The notes under the pieces are model-generated. The model worked only from the letters and a program-made list of their open reading frames with translations, was not told the origin of the DNA and did no database searches. Both the position numbers and the translations under genes were made by a program. Source: Candidatus Heimdallarchaeota archaeon (lineage in GTDB: Archaea; Asgardarchaeota; Heimdallarchaeia; JABLTI01). From it: a DNA stretch of 64,000 bases. Positions 31,227 to 40,831 of this stretch are shown piece by piece. Numbering within the stretch: position 1 is the stretch's first letter; every line of letters starts with the position of its first letter. The stretch is taken from positions 256,001-320,000 of the forward strand of contig JABCTZ010000032.1 of NCBI GenBank assembly GCA_018238155.1. The letters run 5' to 3'.

Positions 31227-31306
31227 CTAGTGAGGGTAAATCCTCTCTGCTATCACTTTTTTTCTTCTCTGATAGATTACTCGAGTTTAGATTGATTTTT
31301 GTCAGA

Positions 31307-31786
31307 TTAGTCAAATAGTCTTCGAATAAGTTTTACTTTTTGGTTTTCATCGTTATAAGTTACAAGACCATTATTTCTCAGATCAAATATGGTTCTTAAA
31401 GTTGCTGCAGGTTGAATTCCACTTGCTTTTGAAAGTTCATCTTTTGTCATGAGCTTCTTTTTGCCATGTAAGAGTGTGAGCATTCTGATATGTGCGTTTC
31501 CATCTAGAACCTGTTCAGTCAGTATGACATAGAGTTTCATTACTTCTTGTAAGTCTATTTCTACATCTGCTCTTCCCTTCAAGTCCTCATAAACACTTGA
31601 GAGATTCATCATTTCTTCTTCCATTTCCTTCAATTTCTGTGCAGAAGATTCCTTTTCTTTATCAAACTCTTCTGCTGTTTTTTTCAGATCAATCCTTTCT
31701 TGATCCTGTTTAGCAATTTTTGCTTCCAATTCTTGGACATAGTTTTCTATGCTATTAAATGCATTTTGTATTGTATTGTTTGTCAA
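31307..31786 (-). CDS. Coiled-coil plus C-terminal winged-helix protein
   Basis: Heptad-rich N-terminal half; MTKDELSKASGI...RTIFDL.NNGLV.Y wHTH; GGTGA RBS. Confidence 0.7.
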   Translation of the reverse strand: MTNNTIQNAFNSIENYVQELEAKIAKQDQERIDLKKTAEEFDKEKESSAQKLKEMEEEMMNLSSVYEDLKGRADVEIDLQEVMKLYVILTEQVLDGNAHIRMLTLLHGKKKLMTKDELSKASGIQPAATLRTIFDLRNNGLVTYNDENQKVKLIRRLFD

Positions 31787-31987
31787 AATATATTCACCTT
31801 AAGATACAAAGATATTTTTACTTAAATATTCTCCGTATTTTAATGTAACAATACTAAAGAAACAATCATTGTTTTTATCTTGAAAACAAATAAAGTACCA
31901 TTTAATAGGTTTTAAAAGCAAATCAATCCGAAAAACTTTAAAGCAGATTTTAATGCAAGCGTAATTATAACCGTAGAGGGTAATATA

Positions 31988-32272
31988 TTGTCTAACAAAG
32001 TTCCTGTCCGAAATGAAATTATTGCCGATGAAGTCGTTATTGGACCACCTGGTTTAACGAGATTCGAAAAGGCTCGCATTATGGGTGCAAGAGGACTACA
32101 AATTTCTTTGGGTGCACCAATCTTAGTAAAAATTAAGAAAGATCTTTCAGACCCTATTCTAATTGCTGAAGTAGAATTATATAAGAATGTTTTACCTTTA
32201 ACAATTTCCAGGTTACTTCCTGATGGAAAATATCAAAATATTCCATTGAGTTGGTTGTTGAAAGGTAAATAA
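31988..32272 (+). CDS. rpoK: RNA polymerase subunit K (Rpo6)
   Basis: [29 protein letters not shown]. Confidence 0.95.
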   Translation: MSNKVPVRNEIIADEVVIGPPGLTRFEKARIMGARGLQISLGAPILVKIKKDLSDPILIAEVELYKNVLPLTISRLLPDGKYQNIPLSWLLKGK

Positions 32273-32298
32273 CTCTTACATTCTTTTTTTAAATTTTT

Positions 32299-33666
32299 CT
32301 AATTTTCGATGTTAAATGAATCTCCAGCTTTAGGGATATAGGAAGTCTTCTTTCTATCGAATTCTTTTTGTACAGATTGTGCTGCTTCTTCAACACAATG
32401 AACAAAGATGTACTTGTCACTATTTATAGCTTTTAGCATTTTGATAAGTTCATTTCTTTGAGCATGTCCAGAGAATTGGAATTGCCTTACTTTTGCTTTT
32501 ATTTCAATTTTGGTTCCTTGACCTTTTCGATTTCTTGACCAATTGAATAACTGAATATTGCGTTCACCATCAACGATTGACCTACCAATTGTTCCCTCAA
32601 CTTGATACCCAGATATTGCTATAAGATTTTCAGGTTTAGTTGCACCATGTAAAAGGTATGAATGCATGGGTCCGCCTTCAAGCATACCTGAGGTTGAGAG
32701 AATAATATTTGGTTTCTTTTCAGTTACGATCATTTTTCTGAATGTATCTAAATTATCTGCAATATTACGATTCATTGGTATAAAATTTCGTAAATCAAAG
32801 GGAACTTCAATTCTATGATCCTTGCACCAATTCATTATTTTTTTAGAAACCCAATACTCCGTGAAATAGCTGCGATAGATTTGATTCATTTTCAAGAGCA
32901 TTCCGTCCATATAGATCTTGAAATTACTACCGATAAACTCTCGAGCAAGAATCGCTTCAATTTCTTGTCCTCTCCCTAAAGCAAAAGTTGGGATAATGGT
33001 TATACCACTATTTCTTCTTGTATTATAAATGGCATCCACAATTGCTAGATTTGGTTTCTCTCTATTTGGAAGGTCTCTCAAACCGTTTGTTGCTTCTGAG
33101 ATAACTACTGAAATATCCTCAAGTTGCGGATATTTATTTGAATCATGATAAGGAGTTGCGAATGTATTAATATCTCCAGTATAAAAAATAAGTTGCCCTT
33201 TCCAATTAAGTAAAATGCTTGCAGAACCCAATATATGTCCTGCATCAAAAAACGTGGCTGTAACACCATCAGCGATTTTGAACGATCTATCATAATAATG
33301 AGTACTAATTTGATACAAGGTATCATACATATTGTCTTCTGTCCAATGTCTATCACCTTCGATTTTAAGGTGATCCCTCCATAAAACAGCACAAATATCT
33401 TTCGTAGGGTGAGTCATATGAATGGTACCTTTATAGCCTAACCTAACTAATTTTGGAATATAACCTGAATGATCAAAATGAGCATGGGATAGTATTACTC
33501 CATGTAAATCTTTTGCAATTTCATCTATTCCTTCGGGGGGGATCGTAGGTTGTTTTGGACGTATTTTTAAACCACAATCTAATAATATTCTTGTATCTTT
33601 GTCTTCAATGAGGACAGCACTTCGACCAATTTCTTTCGCCGCACCATAAACTGTTATTTTTACCAA
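32299..33666 (-). CDS. Beta-CASP metallo-beta-lactamase ribonuclease (aCPSF-like, no KH domains)
   Basis: GAAKEIGRS, SHAHFDHSG, AGHILGS, YTGD, FALGRGQE, SGMLEGG, GYQ.EGT.GR, SGHA. Confidence 0.9.
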   Translation of the reverse strand: MVKITVYGAAKEIGRSAVLIEDKDTRILLDCGLKIRPKQPTIPPEGIDEIAKDLHGVILSHAHFDHSGYIPKLVRLGYKGTIHMTHPTKDICAVLWRDHLKIEGDRHWTEDNMYDTLYQISTHYYDRSFKIADGVTATFFDAGHILGSASILLNWKGQLIFYTGDINTFATPYHDSNKYPQLEDISVVISEATNGLRDLPNREKPNLAIVDAIYNTRRNSGITIIPTFALGRGQEIEAILAREFIGSNFKIYMDGMLLKMNQIYRSYFTEYWVSKKIMNWCKDHRIEVPFDLRNFIPMNRNIADNLDTFRKMIVTEKKPNIILSTSGMLEGGPMHSYLLHGATKPENLIAISGYQVEGTIGRSIVDGERNIQLFNWSRNRKGQGTKIEIKAKVRQFQFSGHAQRNELIKMLKAINSDKYIFVHCVEEAAQSVQKEFDRKKTSYIPKAGDSFNIEN

Positions 33667-33939
33667 TAAATTTTCACAACCAATAATAAATTTAGAATTT
33701 CATTTGGGAATGCTCTTGTTGAAATACATTATGCAATAAATCTTCCGATACCATTTTTAAATAATCCTCAATAGTATTTTATTCTTCTTGTTGCAAAAAT
33801 AGCTAATATTCTTAATAATGAAAGGTTTATTTTTAGAAAGCACCAATAATATACTGATAGACCATGTTTAAATAACGGTTTGATGATTTGATATACATTC
33901 CAAAACAAATATGCTGAAAAAATAATTGAGGTTGTTTCT

Positions 33940-34632
33940 TTGAGTGATAATGAAAAAATAAATGATGCTTACCAGAATTTTGCCGAAGGTTTAGAAGAAG
34001 TTGAAAAAGAAGACAAAGAGAAGAGAAAAGAAGTATTGAAGAAAGGTATTATGGATCTTGAGCAAGAATTTCGTGATGAGATTAAAGGCACACATGCTGT
34101 TGATGCACGAATTGTTAAGCTTCGAAAAGAAGCTGATATGCCTGAATTGATTGGTGTTGGAGATCGTGTCCAAAAGAGTCGATTTAAAGATAAAAGTAAA
34201 TACGAACAGTTTCTTGCTAAGGAAATATTGGAAGTAGGTATAGATGAGAGTAGACGTTATGGAGGAATAATGACCTTCCAAGAATTTTGCCTTCGTTTTG
34301 TTGAAATGAGACCCAACTGGGAAGCTCCTCCTAAGGAAATTAGAAAAGCACTAGAATATCTCGCTGAAGCAGGACTCATTCCTAAATTGTATAAAATGAA
34401 GAATAAAGATAATCTGATTACCTTTAAACCAGTTGAATTACATGATGATGTCAAAACTATTCTCAATGTCGCATCAACTATTGGCACAACAAATGTCACA
34501 GAAATTGTGACATTACTAGGTTGGAAGAAAGAACGCGTAGAATTGATGTTAAGAAATTTATCTGAACAAGAAATGGCCTATTATGATAAAAAGGACGATG
34601 TCTATTTCTTTCCATGTTTGAAAAAGAAATGA
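33940..34632 (+). CDS. ESCRT-II Vps22/Vps36-like (EAP30 domain) protein
   Basis: YEQFLAKEILEV......GGIM, tandem winged-helix pattern, LGW.KERV..ML..L....MAYYD...YFFP as in the Snf8/Vps22/Vps36 C-termini. Confidence 0.75.
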   Translation: MSDNEKINDAYQNFAEGLEEVEKEDKEKRKEVLKKGIMDLEQEFRDEIKGTHAVDARIVKLRKEADMPELIGVGDRVQKSRFKDKSKYEQFLAKEILEVGIDESRRYGGIMTFQEFCLRFVEMRPNWEAPPKEIRKALEYLAEAGLIPKLYKMKNKDNLITFKPVELHDDVKTILNVASTIGTTNVTEIVTLLGWKKERVELMLRNLSEQEMAYYDKKDDVYFFPCLKKK

Positions 34633-34717
34633 TAAAGCCATTTTCTTTTCAATTCTTCAAAAAGAATTATAAGTTATCTTTTTTTGTTTTCTTTAAGCCA
34701 AAGTTGGTTGTGTATAA

Positions 34718-35950
34718 TTGAAGAAGATTCTTATTGTTGACTATATTGTTGGCGGGGGATTCGCAGAAGAAGATCTTCCCCTAGATCGCCTTGCAGAAGG
34801 CTATGCGATTTTACGAGCATGTATAGAACATTTTGCAAAACTCGGTTACAAAATTTCTACTTTAATAGATCAAAGACTCATGCAACATATCAGAATCTCT
34901 CCGATACATGATTTCATTTCTATTGCTACTCATGAAGATTTTATTACTGGGTTACAAACTTTAGCTGATAAAGTAGATTATTCAATGACATCTGCACCTG
35001 AATCAAAAGGCATTCTAAAAGATCTTTCTTCCATCATGGAAAATTCAAAATCTTTGTATCTAGGTAGTAAATCAGAATCAATTGAAATTGCTGCTGATAA
35101 AATAAAAACAATGGAAGTTGCAAAGAAATTAGGTTTGAATGTTCCAGCTACATTTTCTCCTTCTTATAGTGATCCATTTGATAAAATTCAATCTGAAGTT
35201 GATATTCTCGGCTTTCCCTTAATCATTAAACCAATCGATGGTTGCGGTTGCAAAGGATTAACTAAAGCAACCAATGTGGATGGCTTGCGATTTGGATTAC
35301 AATCCGCTCATTCAGAAACTAATATGGAGAATTGTATAGTCCAGGAATTCATCCCCGGAGTGCCTATCAGCGTGAGTATAATTGCAAAAAATAAGAAAGC
35401 CTATCCAATTTCAATTAATCACCAAAACATTAGGTTGGATTCAAAGAACTATTCTGGTAATTATCTCGGTGGAGAAATTCCATTTAACATTCCAGAATAT
35501 CATGATGAAATTATAGATGCTTCACTGAAATTAGTAAAAGAATTGGATTTGCAAGGTTGTGTAGGTGTTGACCTTATTGCAGGAGAAGAAGGTGTATTTG
35601 TTATCGAAGTAAATCCTCGAATAACTGTACCTTATATTGCTCTAAAAGAAATAGCTTCTCAGAATCTTGCTCAAATTTTAATAGATTTAATAGAAAATGA
35701 CAAAGAAGTTCCCGCTATAACATTTAATGGCTATGTATCCTTCTCGAAGATTTCTATTCCATCTTCTGTTAGCAAAAAAGCTAGGTTTGAGCGTGTCACA
35801 GGAATCGATGGTGTCCAAGCTCCTCCATTGCCTATCGGTAATAATTCTCACACATACTCTTTGATTATGGGTTTTGGATCCACACTTACTCATGCAAGAA
35901 AAGATTTACAGAAAGTTAAAAATGAAATTCTAAAAGGCTTATCCGGATAA
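34718..35950 (+). CDS. mfnD: ATP-grasp ligase, tyramine--L-glutamate ligase (MfnD)-like
   Basis: Y..GGG, EGYA.L, APE..G.L, KP.DGCG, QEFIPG, G.VGVD, IEVNPRIT.PY. Confidence 0.72.
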   Translation: MKKILIVDYIVGGGFAEEDLPLDRLAEGYAILRACIEHFAKLGYKISTLIDQRLMQHIRISPIHDFISIATHEDFITGLQTLADKVDYSMTSAPESKGILKDLSSIMENSKSLYLGSKSESIEIAADKIKTMEVAKKLGLNVPATFSPSYSDPFDKIQSEVDILGFPLIIKPIDGCGCKGLTKATNVDGLRFGLQSAHSETNMENCIVQEFIPGVPISVSIIAKNKKAYPISINHQNIRLDSKNYSGNYLGGEIPFNIPEYHDEIIDASLKLVKELDLQGCVGVDLIAGEEGVFVIEVNPRITVPYIALKEIASQNLAQILIDLIENDKEVPAITFNGYVSFSKISIPSSVSKKARFERVTGIDGVQAPPLPIGNNSHTYSLIMGFGSTLTHARKDLQKVKNEILKGLSG

Positions 35951-36046
35951 TCTTTCTGTTTTTCCAAATAAACTTTTACTTTTAAAAAAAATCAGCTAGG
36001 AATAGCTTGAGTCTCATGTGAGTACTCAACAACGAAATTGAAGGGT

Positions 36047-36286
36047 TTAGTTGGTGCCACTACCAACTGCTAACTTCTCAATGACTTGTACTTTGCCATC
36101 CTTAATTTGAACCATAATTGTTGTAACATAACCTGCGATTCTATTTCGCATACGTTTAGATTGAACATTTGTTAGTTTATTTACAAGCAATTTGTTATGA
36201 TCAAAGTCAATAGAGAAATGCTGGTGATATTTAGCAACTAATTCTTTTGATGTTCTTTTGATTTTATCAGATCGAATATTACCCAT
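36047..36286 (-). CDS. rps17e: 30S ribosomal protein S17e (eS17)
   Basis: MGNIR, DFDHNK, SKRMRNRIAGYVT; ATG 7 nt after GGAGG. Confidence 0.95.
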   Translation of the reverse strand: MGNIRSDKIKRTSKELVAKYHQHFSIDFDHNKLLVNKLTNVQSKRMRNRIAGYVTTIMVQIKDGKVQVIEKLAVGSGTN

Positions 36287-36592
36287 GGGCAATCCTCCGT
36301 TATATATATTGAATTGCCGAGCTATCCTTTAATAAATCTTATCTACTCTCTCTATTTTGAAAATAGGTTCATTATTGCTTCAATTCTATTATCCAAGTGT
36401 AAAAATAACTTTAAATAATCTTCTTTTTGGAGTAAAGTAATTCCTAGATGATGGCAAGCCTTTTGAGGACTTTGTCATCTTAAAGTCTATGAAAAGTTTA
36501 AAAATAATGATTGAATTGTCCGATTACGGTTTAATCAAAGAAAGAACAAATTCGGAAGAATTGACTATAGTCAATAACCTCGGTGAAAGAAA

Positions 36593-38428
36593 TTGAATAT
36601 TCGCTCAAAGAAACTTATGACATACGCACTTTTAGTTTTAGTGATACCATTTGTCTCACTACTAACATTAAAGCAACATGATGTTGCAGCTGAAAGTCCA
36701 ACAATTAGCATTACTGATGTGACCTCTACTCATACGTATCGAATTGATGTCACAGTTGAAATTACTTTATCTGGGTACAATTGGGATTTGTACACCAAAA
36801 CACTATATTTGTATCTAAATCAATCTGAAGCAAATATCCTCATTGATCTTGCGGATGATGAATATAATGGTTATAATTCTTCCAAAATTTTCGGTAGGCA
36901 AGATGAAGCAACTTTTGATACTTCCATTCTTTCGCCAACATTAGCTGATGGCTCAGGTGAAGATTCAGCTAGTTACAATGTAACTGTTGTTGCTCTTACA
37001 AATGAGGGTGATCAAAGTGCTATTGTTGTTTGGAGCGGTGGCTTTATTTTCATTGATACAGAACCACCTAAAGTTACTTTCGATACACCTTCTGTAGGGT
37101 ACGAAGAAGTTTGGGGGATTTTCCAAATCAAAGTTAATATTACAGACAAATCAAATTTGAGTCTTGTCCAATTCTTTGTCAATGGTGAAGAGAGGCATAG
37201 AATTGAAAATCCTAACCCCTCTCAAACTATGTTTACTTGGGATTATGAAAGCTACAGAGAAGTTGCAGAAGAACCTCTCATTAAGGTTACCGCCCATGAT
37301 AATAGTTCTGCTCTGAATTTTGAGGATAATACTACAGCAGTAAAAGTTGTAGGTCCTTCATTATATTTAGTGGAATCTGTTCCAAAAATAATCGATTCAA
37401 ATGAAACTTTGACTTTCAATATAACAATAACAGATACAAATAATCCGGAACTTGATCTCGATTATGTTGGATTATTATACTCAATAGATGAAGGCGCCTG
37501 GGTTGAGGCAGCATTCAATAATCTAACTGTAGATGAAGAAACTCAAGGTAAATTCAATTATACTCTGAACCCATTACCTGTAGGAACAATGATTGAATGG
37601 AAAATCTTTGCAAATAATACTGATGGTCAATATCATGAATTTAAAAATGAAACTTATCAACCATTTGTAGCAAAATCAGTATTTCCAGATCACATCCTAC
37701 CAAAAGGTGAAGTGGAATATGAGCCTATAGTAACTTACGCTCTAAATGCTACTGTGAAACTAAATGTAACAGAACATAGTGTGGTTAATTTCTGCAATCT
37801 AAATTACAGAATTGATATAGAAGACGAATTTGAAGAACTAGTATTAACCAATACTACAACTGGAGCAGAAAACAACACCTGGTTCTATTTTGAATATAAT
37901 TTCACAGAAACTTATGATGTATTTACTATTATTGACTTTTATTTCTGGGTAAATGATAGTGGTGGTAATGAACTTACTTTGGACAATAGTGGTAAATATT
38001 ACCATATCAAAGTAATGCCTGTAGATATGATTGCACCTGTGATTAATGTTACACTAGTACCAGAAATAATTGTCTCAGGTCAGAATGTTACCGTTACAGT
38101 AACCATTGAAGAAAGCAGTATTTTACTCTCGGTTCAAGTCTTCTATTACATTAATGGTGAACAGCATGTAGTTGATATGAACTATGTGTCTGGAACAACA
38201 TATTCTGTAAGCTTTACAATAGAAGCAAGCACTGGTGATAAAGTAGAAATCTTTGTCAGAGCATATGATGAATACTACAATACAGCAGATTCTGAAGTAT
38301 ACAAATTCGAAATCGAATCAGCAAAATCATTTGGATCACATTCAAATGCTTGGTTATGGCTATTGCTTATTGCATTGATCATTATCCCATTAGCAATAAC
38401 ATTCGTGTTGCTAAAACCACAGAAATAA
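36593..38428 (+). CDS. Type I membrane-anchored surface glycoprotein with Ig-like repeats
   Basis: Signal peptide, beta-rich repeats with D..PP / D.IAP linkers, numerous NxS/T sequons, C-terminal TM helix. Confidence 0.8.
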   Translation: MNIRSKKLMTYALLVLVIPFVSLLTLKQHDVAAESPTISITDVTSTHTYRIDVTVEITLSGYNWDLYTKTLYLYLNQSEANILIDLADDEYNGYNSSKIFGRQDEATFDTSILSPTLADGSGEDSASYNVTVVALTNEGDQSAIVVWSGGFIFIDTEPPKVTFDTPSVGYEEVWGIFQIKVNITDKSNLSLVQFFVNGEERHRIENPNPSQTMFTWDYESYREVAEEPLIKVTAHDNSSALNFEDNTTAVKVVGPSLYLVESVPKIIDSNETLTFNITITDTNNPELDLDYVGLLYSIDEGAWVEAAFNNLTVDEETQGKFNYTLNPLPVGTMIEWKIFANNTDGQYHEFKNETYQPFVAKSVFPDHILPKGEVEYEPIVTYALNATVKLNVTEHSVVNFCNLNYRIDIEDEFEELVLTNTTTGAENNTWFYFEYNFTETYDVFTIIDFYFWVNDSGGNELTLDNSGKYYHIKVMPVDMIAPVINVTLVPEIIVSGQNVTVTVTIEESSILLSVQVFYYINGEQHVVDMNYVSGTTYSVSFTIEASTGDKVEIFVRAYDEYYNTADSEVYKFEIESAKSFGSHSNAWLWLLLIALIIIPLAITFVLLKPQK

Positions 38429-38440
38429 TCAAACCATTGA

Positions 38441-38475
38441 TTGAGGGTTACTCCCTCAAAAAAATTCTTTTTTTA
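38441..38475 (+). terminator. Hairpin (TTGAGGG/CCCTCAA) plus T-tract
   Basis: Perfect 7-bp stem 13 nt after the stop codon. Confidence 0.5.
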
Positions 38476-38819
38476 CTCTCTGATTGTACCTTTCTCAGAA
38501 TTTTTATTACCTTAGATTTTCTAATGATAATCTTTTTCTGAAGACAAATCAAATATTGTTTTTAATTCGACTTTGATTGTTTTTGAGATAAATAGCTAGT
38601 GAGTCTATTGCTATAGTTAAAACTACATTGAATACTGCAGCAGTAATGACAATTGATACAATACCATAAATTACACTAACATCAAGTGCCCTTGGAACAT
38701 ATAACACACTCAAGAATAACTACTAAAACTAACCAACTAACTAACTCTCGATAATAATTTAAGTAATACATTGAATAATGTTCTCAGAAACATGTAAGAG
38801 AAAATTTGGTGAATTATTT

Positions 38820-39011
38820 ATGCCGGTAATTATTGTTGAAGGTCCAATAAAGAGTGTCGAAGAAAAAAGAAAATTGGTTGAATTGCTAACTAAAGCAATG
38901 AAAGAAGCCTATGGTTATCCCGAAGAGTTTTCACATGTAACTGTGATCATTAATGAGAACAATTCTGATAACATTGGAATTGATGGTAAGCTTTTGGCTG
39001 ATCTAAGATAG
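38820..39011 (+). CDS. 4-oxalocrotonate tautomerase family protein
   Basis: MPVIIVEG with catalytic Pro-1, EEKRKLV..LT, NIGIDGKL; GGTGA RBS. Confidence 0.9.
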   Translation: MPVIIVEGPIKSVEEKRKLVELLTKAMKEAYGYPEEFSHVTVIINENNSDNIGIDGKLLADLR

Positions 39012-39026
39012 AATGAATAGATTTCT

Positions 39027-39998
39027 CTATTCTTCTTTCTTTAAAACATATGCAAGTTTAACCCAATCTTCTTTGAATCCTTTAGTTTTGTAAAGACTGT
39101 AAGCAGGACTATTTGTTAAATCAACATTTAGACTTGCAGTTTTATAGTCATTTTCCACCAATTTGTTTAACATAGTATCAATGAGAAATGAACCAATACC
39201 AAGTCTACGGTATTTTGGATGAACACCCATTACCCAAAGATTTCCATTGTGTGGTCCATGAGATTCTCTTACCACTGAATAAGCAATCATTTTATTGTCA
39301 TCGAATATCCCTAGTGAACTATCCTGAATTAATTTAAATGAATCATTCAGTATTCTATTATCAAAATAGTCTCTGATTTCTTCATCAGATAAGCTTAACA
39401 TCCATCCATCTTCGGTGTCTCTAAATGTTCTGTGAAAGCAATTGTAGAAGTCATCAATATTGACTTGTGAAATTGGTTTTATCTGTCGCTTAGTGTCTTC
39501 TTGTAGATGGCGTTGTTGATGGTTAGTAAGATCCATTCTCATATGACAAATTTGTTCTATTAGCTCAAATTTATTCGATGTATATAGTCTCCTAAATAAT
39601 TGCTTCTCTTCGGAACCCTCTTTGTTAAAAAGCAAATCAATCCGTGTGTACTTACTTTGATTAAAGTAGTCAATTGCATTTTTCAGTAGGTGTTTAGCAA
39701 TGGTCTCTTTATCTTCACCAAGTCCTATTATTGGATGACCACCTAATGCAAAAGGATTGAGCTCTAGTTCTGTTTTTGAATGTGCAAATAGCATTACCCA
39801 TCCAACTAGTTTGGCATCCCGTTTTGCTTGAACAATTTGAGGTTCAATGGTATAATCAAGATTTTTCAACCAATTAGTAAAACCTTCTACTGTGTATTGG
39901 TTCCCCTTAGCATTCCAAATGTCTATTGATAATTTGGCTAGTTCTGCTAATTCGATTTCAGCATAATTCTTTGTGGTATAAGTTATTGTATTGGCCAT
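39027..39998 (-). CDS. Tandem-GNAT acetyltransferase
   Basis: C-terminal GVHPKYRRLGIG and N.PAYSLY.T.GF; degenerate N-terminal GNAT domain. Confidence 0.85.
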   Translation of the reverse strand: MANTITYTTKNYAEIELAELAKLSIDIWNAKGNQYTVEGFTNWLKNLDYTIEPQIVQAKRDAKLVGWVMLFAHSKTELELNPFALGGHPIIGLGEDKETIAKHLLKNAIDYFNQSKYTRIDLLFNKEGSEEKQLFRRLYTSNKFELIEQICHMRMDLTNHQQRHLQEDTKRQIKPISQVNIDDFYNCFHRTFRDTEDGWMLSLSDEEIRDYFDNRILNDSFKLIQDSSLGIFDDNKMIAYSVVRESHGPHNGNLWVMGVHPKYRRLGIGSFLIDTMLNKLVENDYKTASLNVDLTNSPAYSLYKTKGFKEDWVKLAYVLKKEE

Positions 39999-40400
39999 AA
40001 TATAATACTCCTTGAAGAGGTAATGAAAATAGCATAATTTGTAATAATGTCAAGTAAAGTTAAAGCAGAAATAAAACAAAGAACAAATATTTATCTTAAG
40101 AAAAAACTTGGTTAGTTTGATCTTCTGGATGTAAATAAAAGTTGATTGTTGTTTTTTCTAGAGTTGAATTCAAAATTTCCAAACCATGTCATCTTCTACT
40201 TACCTCCGAATAATTGTAATCTAAATTAAGTGATTTTTGTTTAAAAACATAACCTCAGATACTATTTATTTGACTTTAATTTCAATAAATAAAGGAGAAG
40301 AGCTTCTAGAAATTAAGTATTAAATAACATACTCGCGAGATTTTGAAATGAATATATAAATATAGCAAAATATCCGACTATTATAAAGGGTTGAAAAATT

Positions 40401-40745
40401 ATGGAAAGTACTGATGTTTCTGAATCAAAAGAGAAAAACATTGTAACTAAATTTCAAAAATTGACTAAAATAGAAAAAACTTCATTTTTCTATGGACTTA
40501 TTATGTTAATTTTGTTTACATGGGTACCCCTAATTATTGGTTACTATTCCTTAACTGAAAGAAGATTGGAATTTATAATTAATCTTGTTATTTTACTAAT
40601 GGCAATTGCTGGAATAATTATTGGCTTGATTTCATTGAATATAGAAAATAACTCATTCACATTAATTGGATTTCTTTCTAGTATTATTGCAACAGTACTA
40701 ACTGCTTGGTTTATGATTGTATATCAATATATAGTATATTTATAG
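40401..40745 (+). CDS. Small 3-TM membrane protein
   Basis: Three hydrophobic segments. Confidence 0.65.
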   Translation: MESTDVSESKEKNIVTKFQKLTKIEKTSFFYGLIMLILFTWVPLIIGYYSLTERRLEFIINLVILLMAIAGIIIGLISLNIENNSFTLIGFLSSIIATVLTAWFMIVYQYIVYL

Positions 40746-40761
40746 ATACAGCAAAAGAAAG

Positions 40762-40793
40762 TGGTGGGTCTACGCGGATTCGAACCTACCACC
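40762..40793 (-). repeat. Degenerate tRNA 3'-end fragment (possible att-site relic)
   Basis: Minus strand reads GGTTCGAATCCGCGTAGACCCACCA, resembling the tRNA-Ile 3' end GGTTCAAATCCGGCTGGGCCCACCA. Confidence 0.6.
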
Positions 40794-40831
40794 TTGGAAT
40801 TATTTTAATTGAGTATTTGCACTCTCGAATT

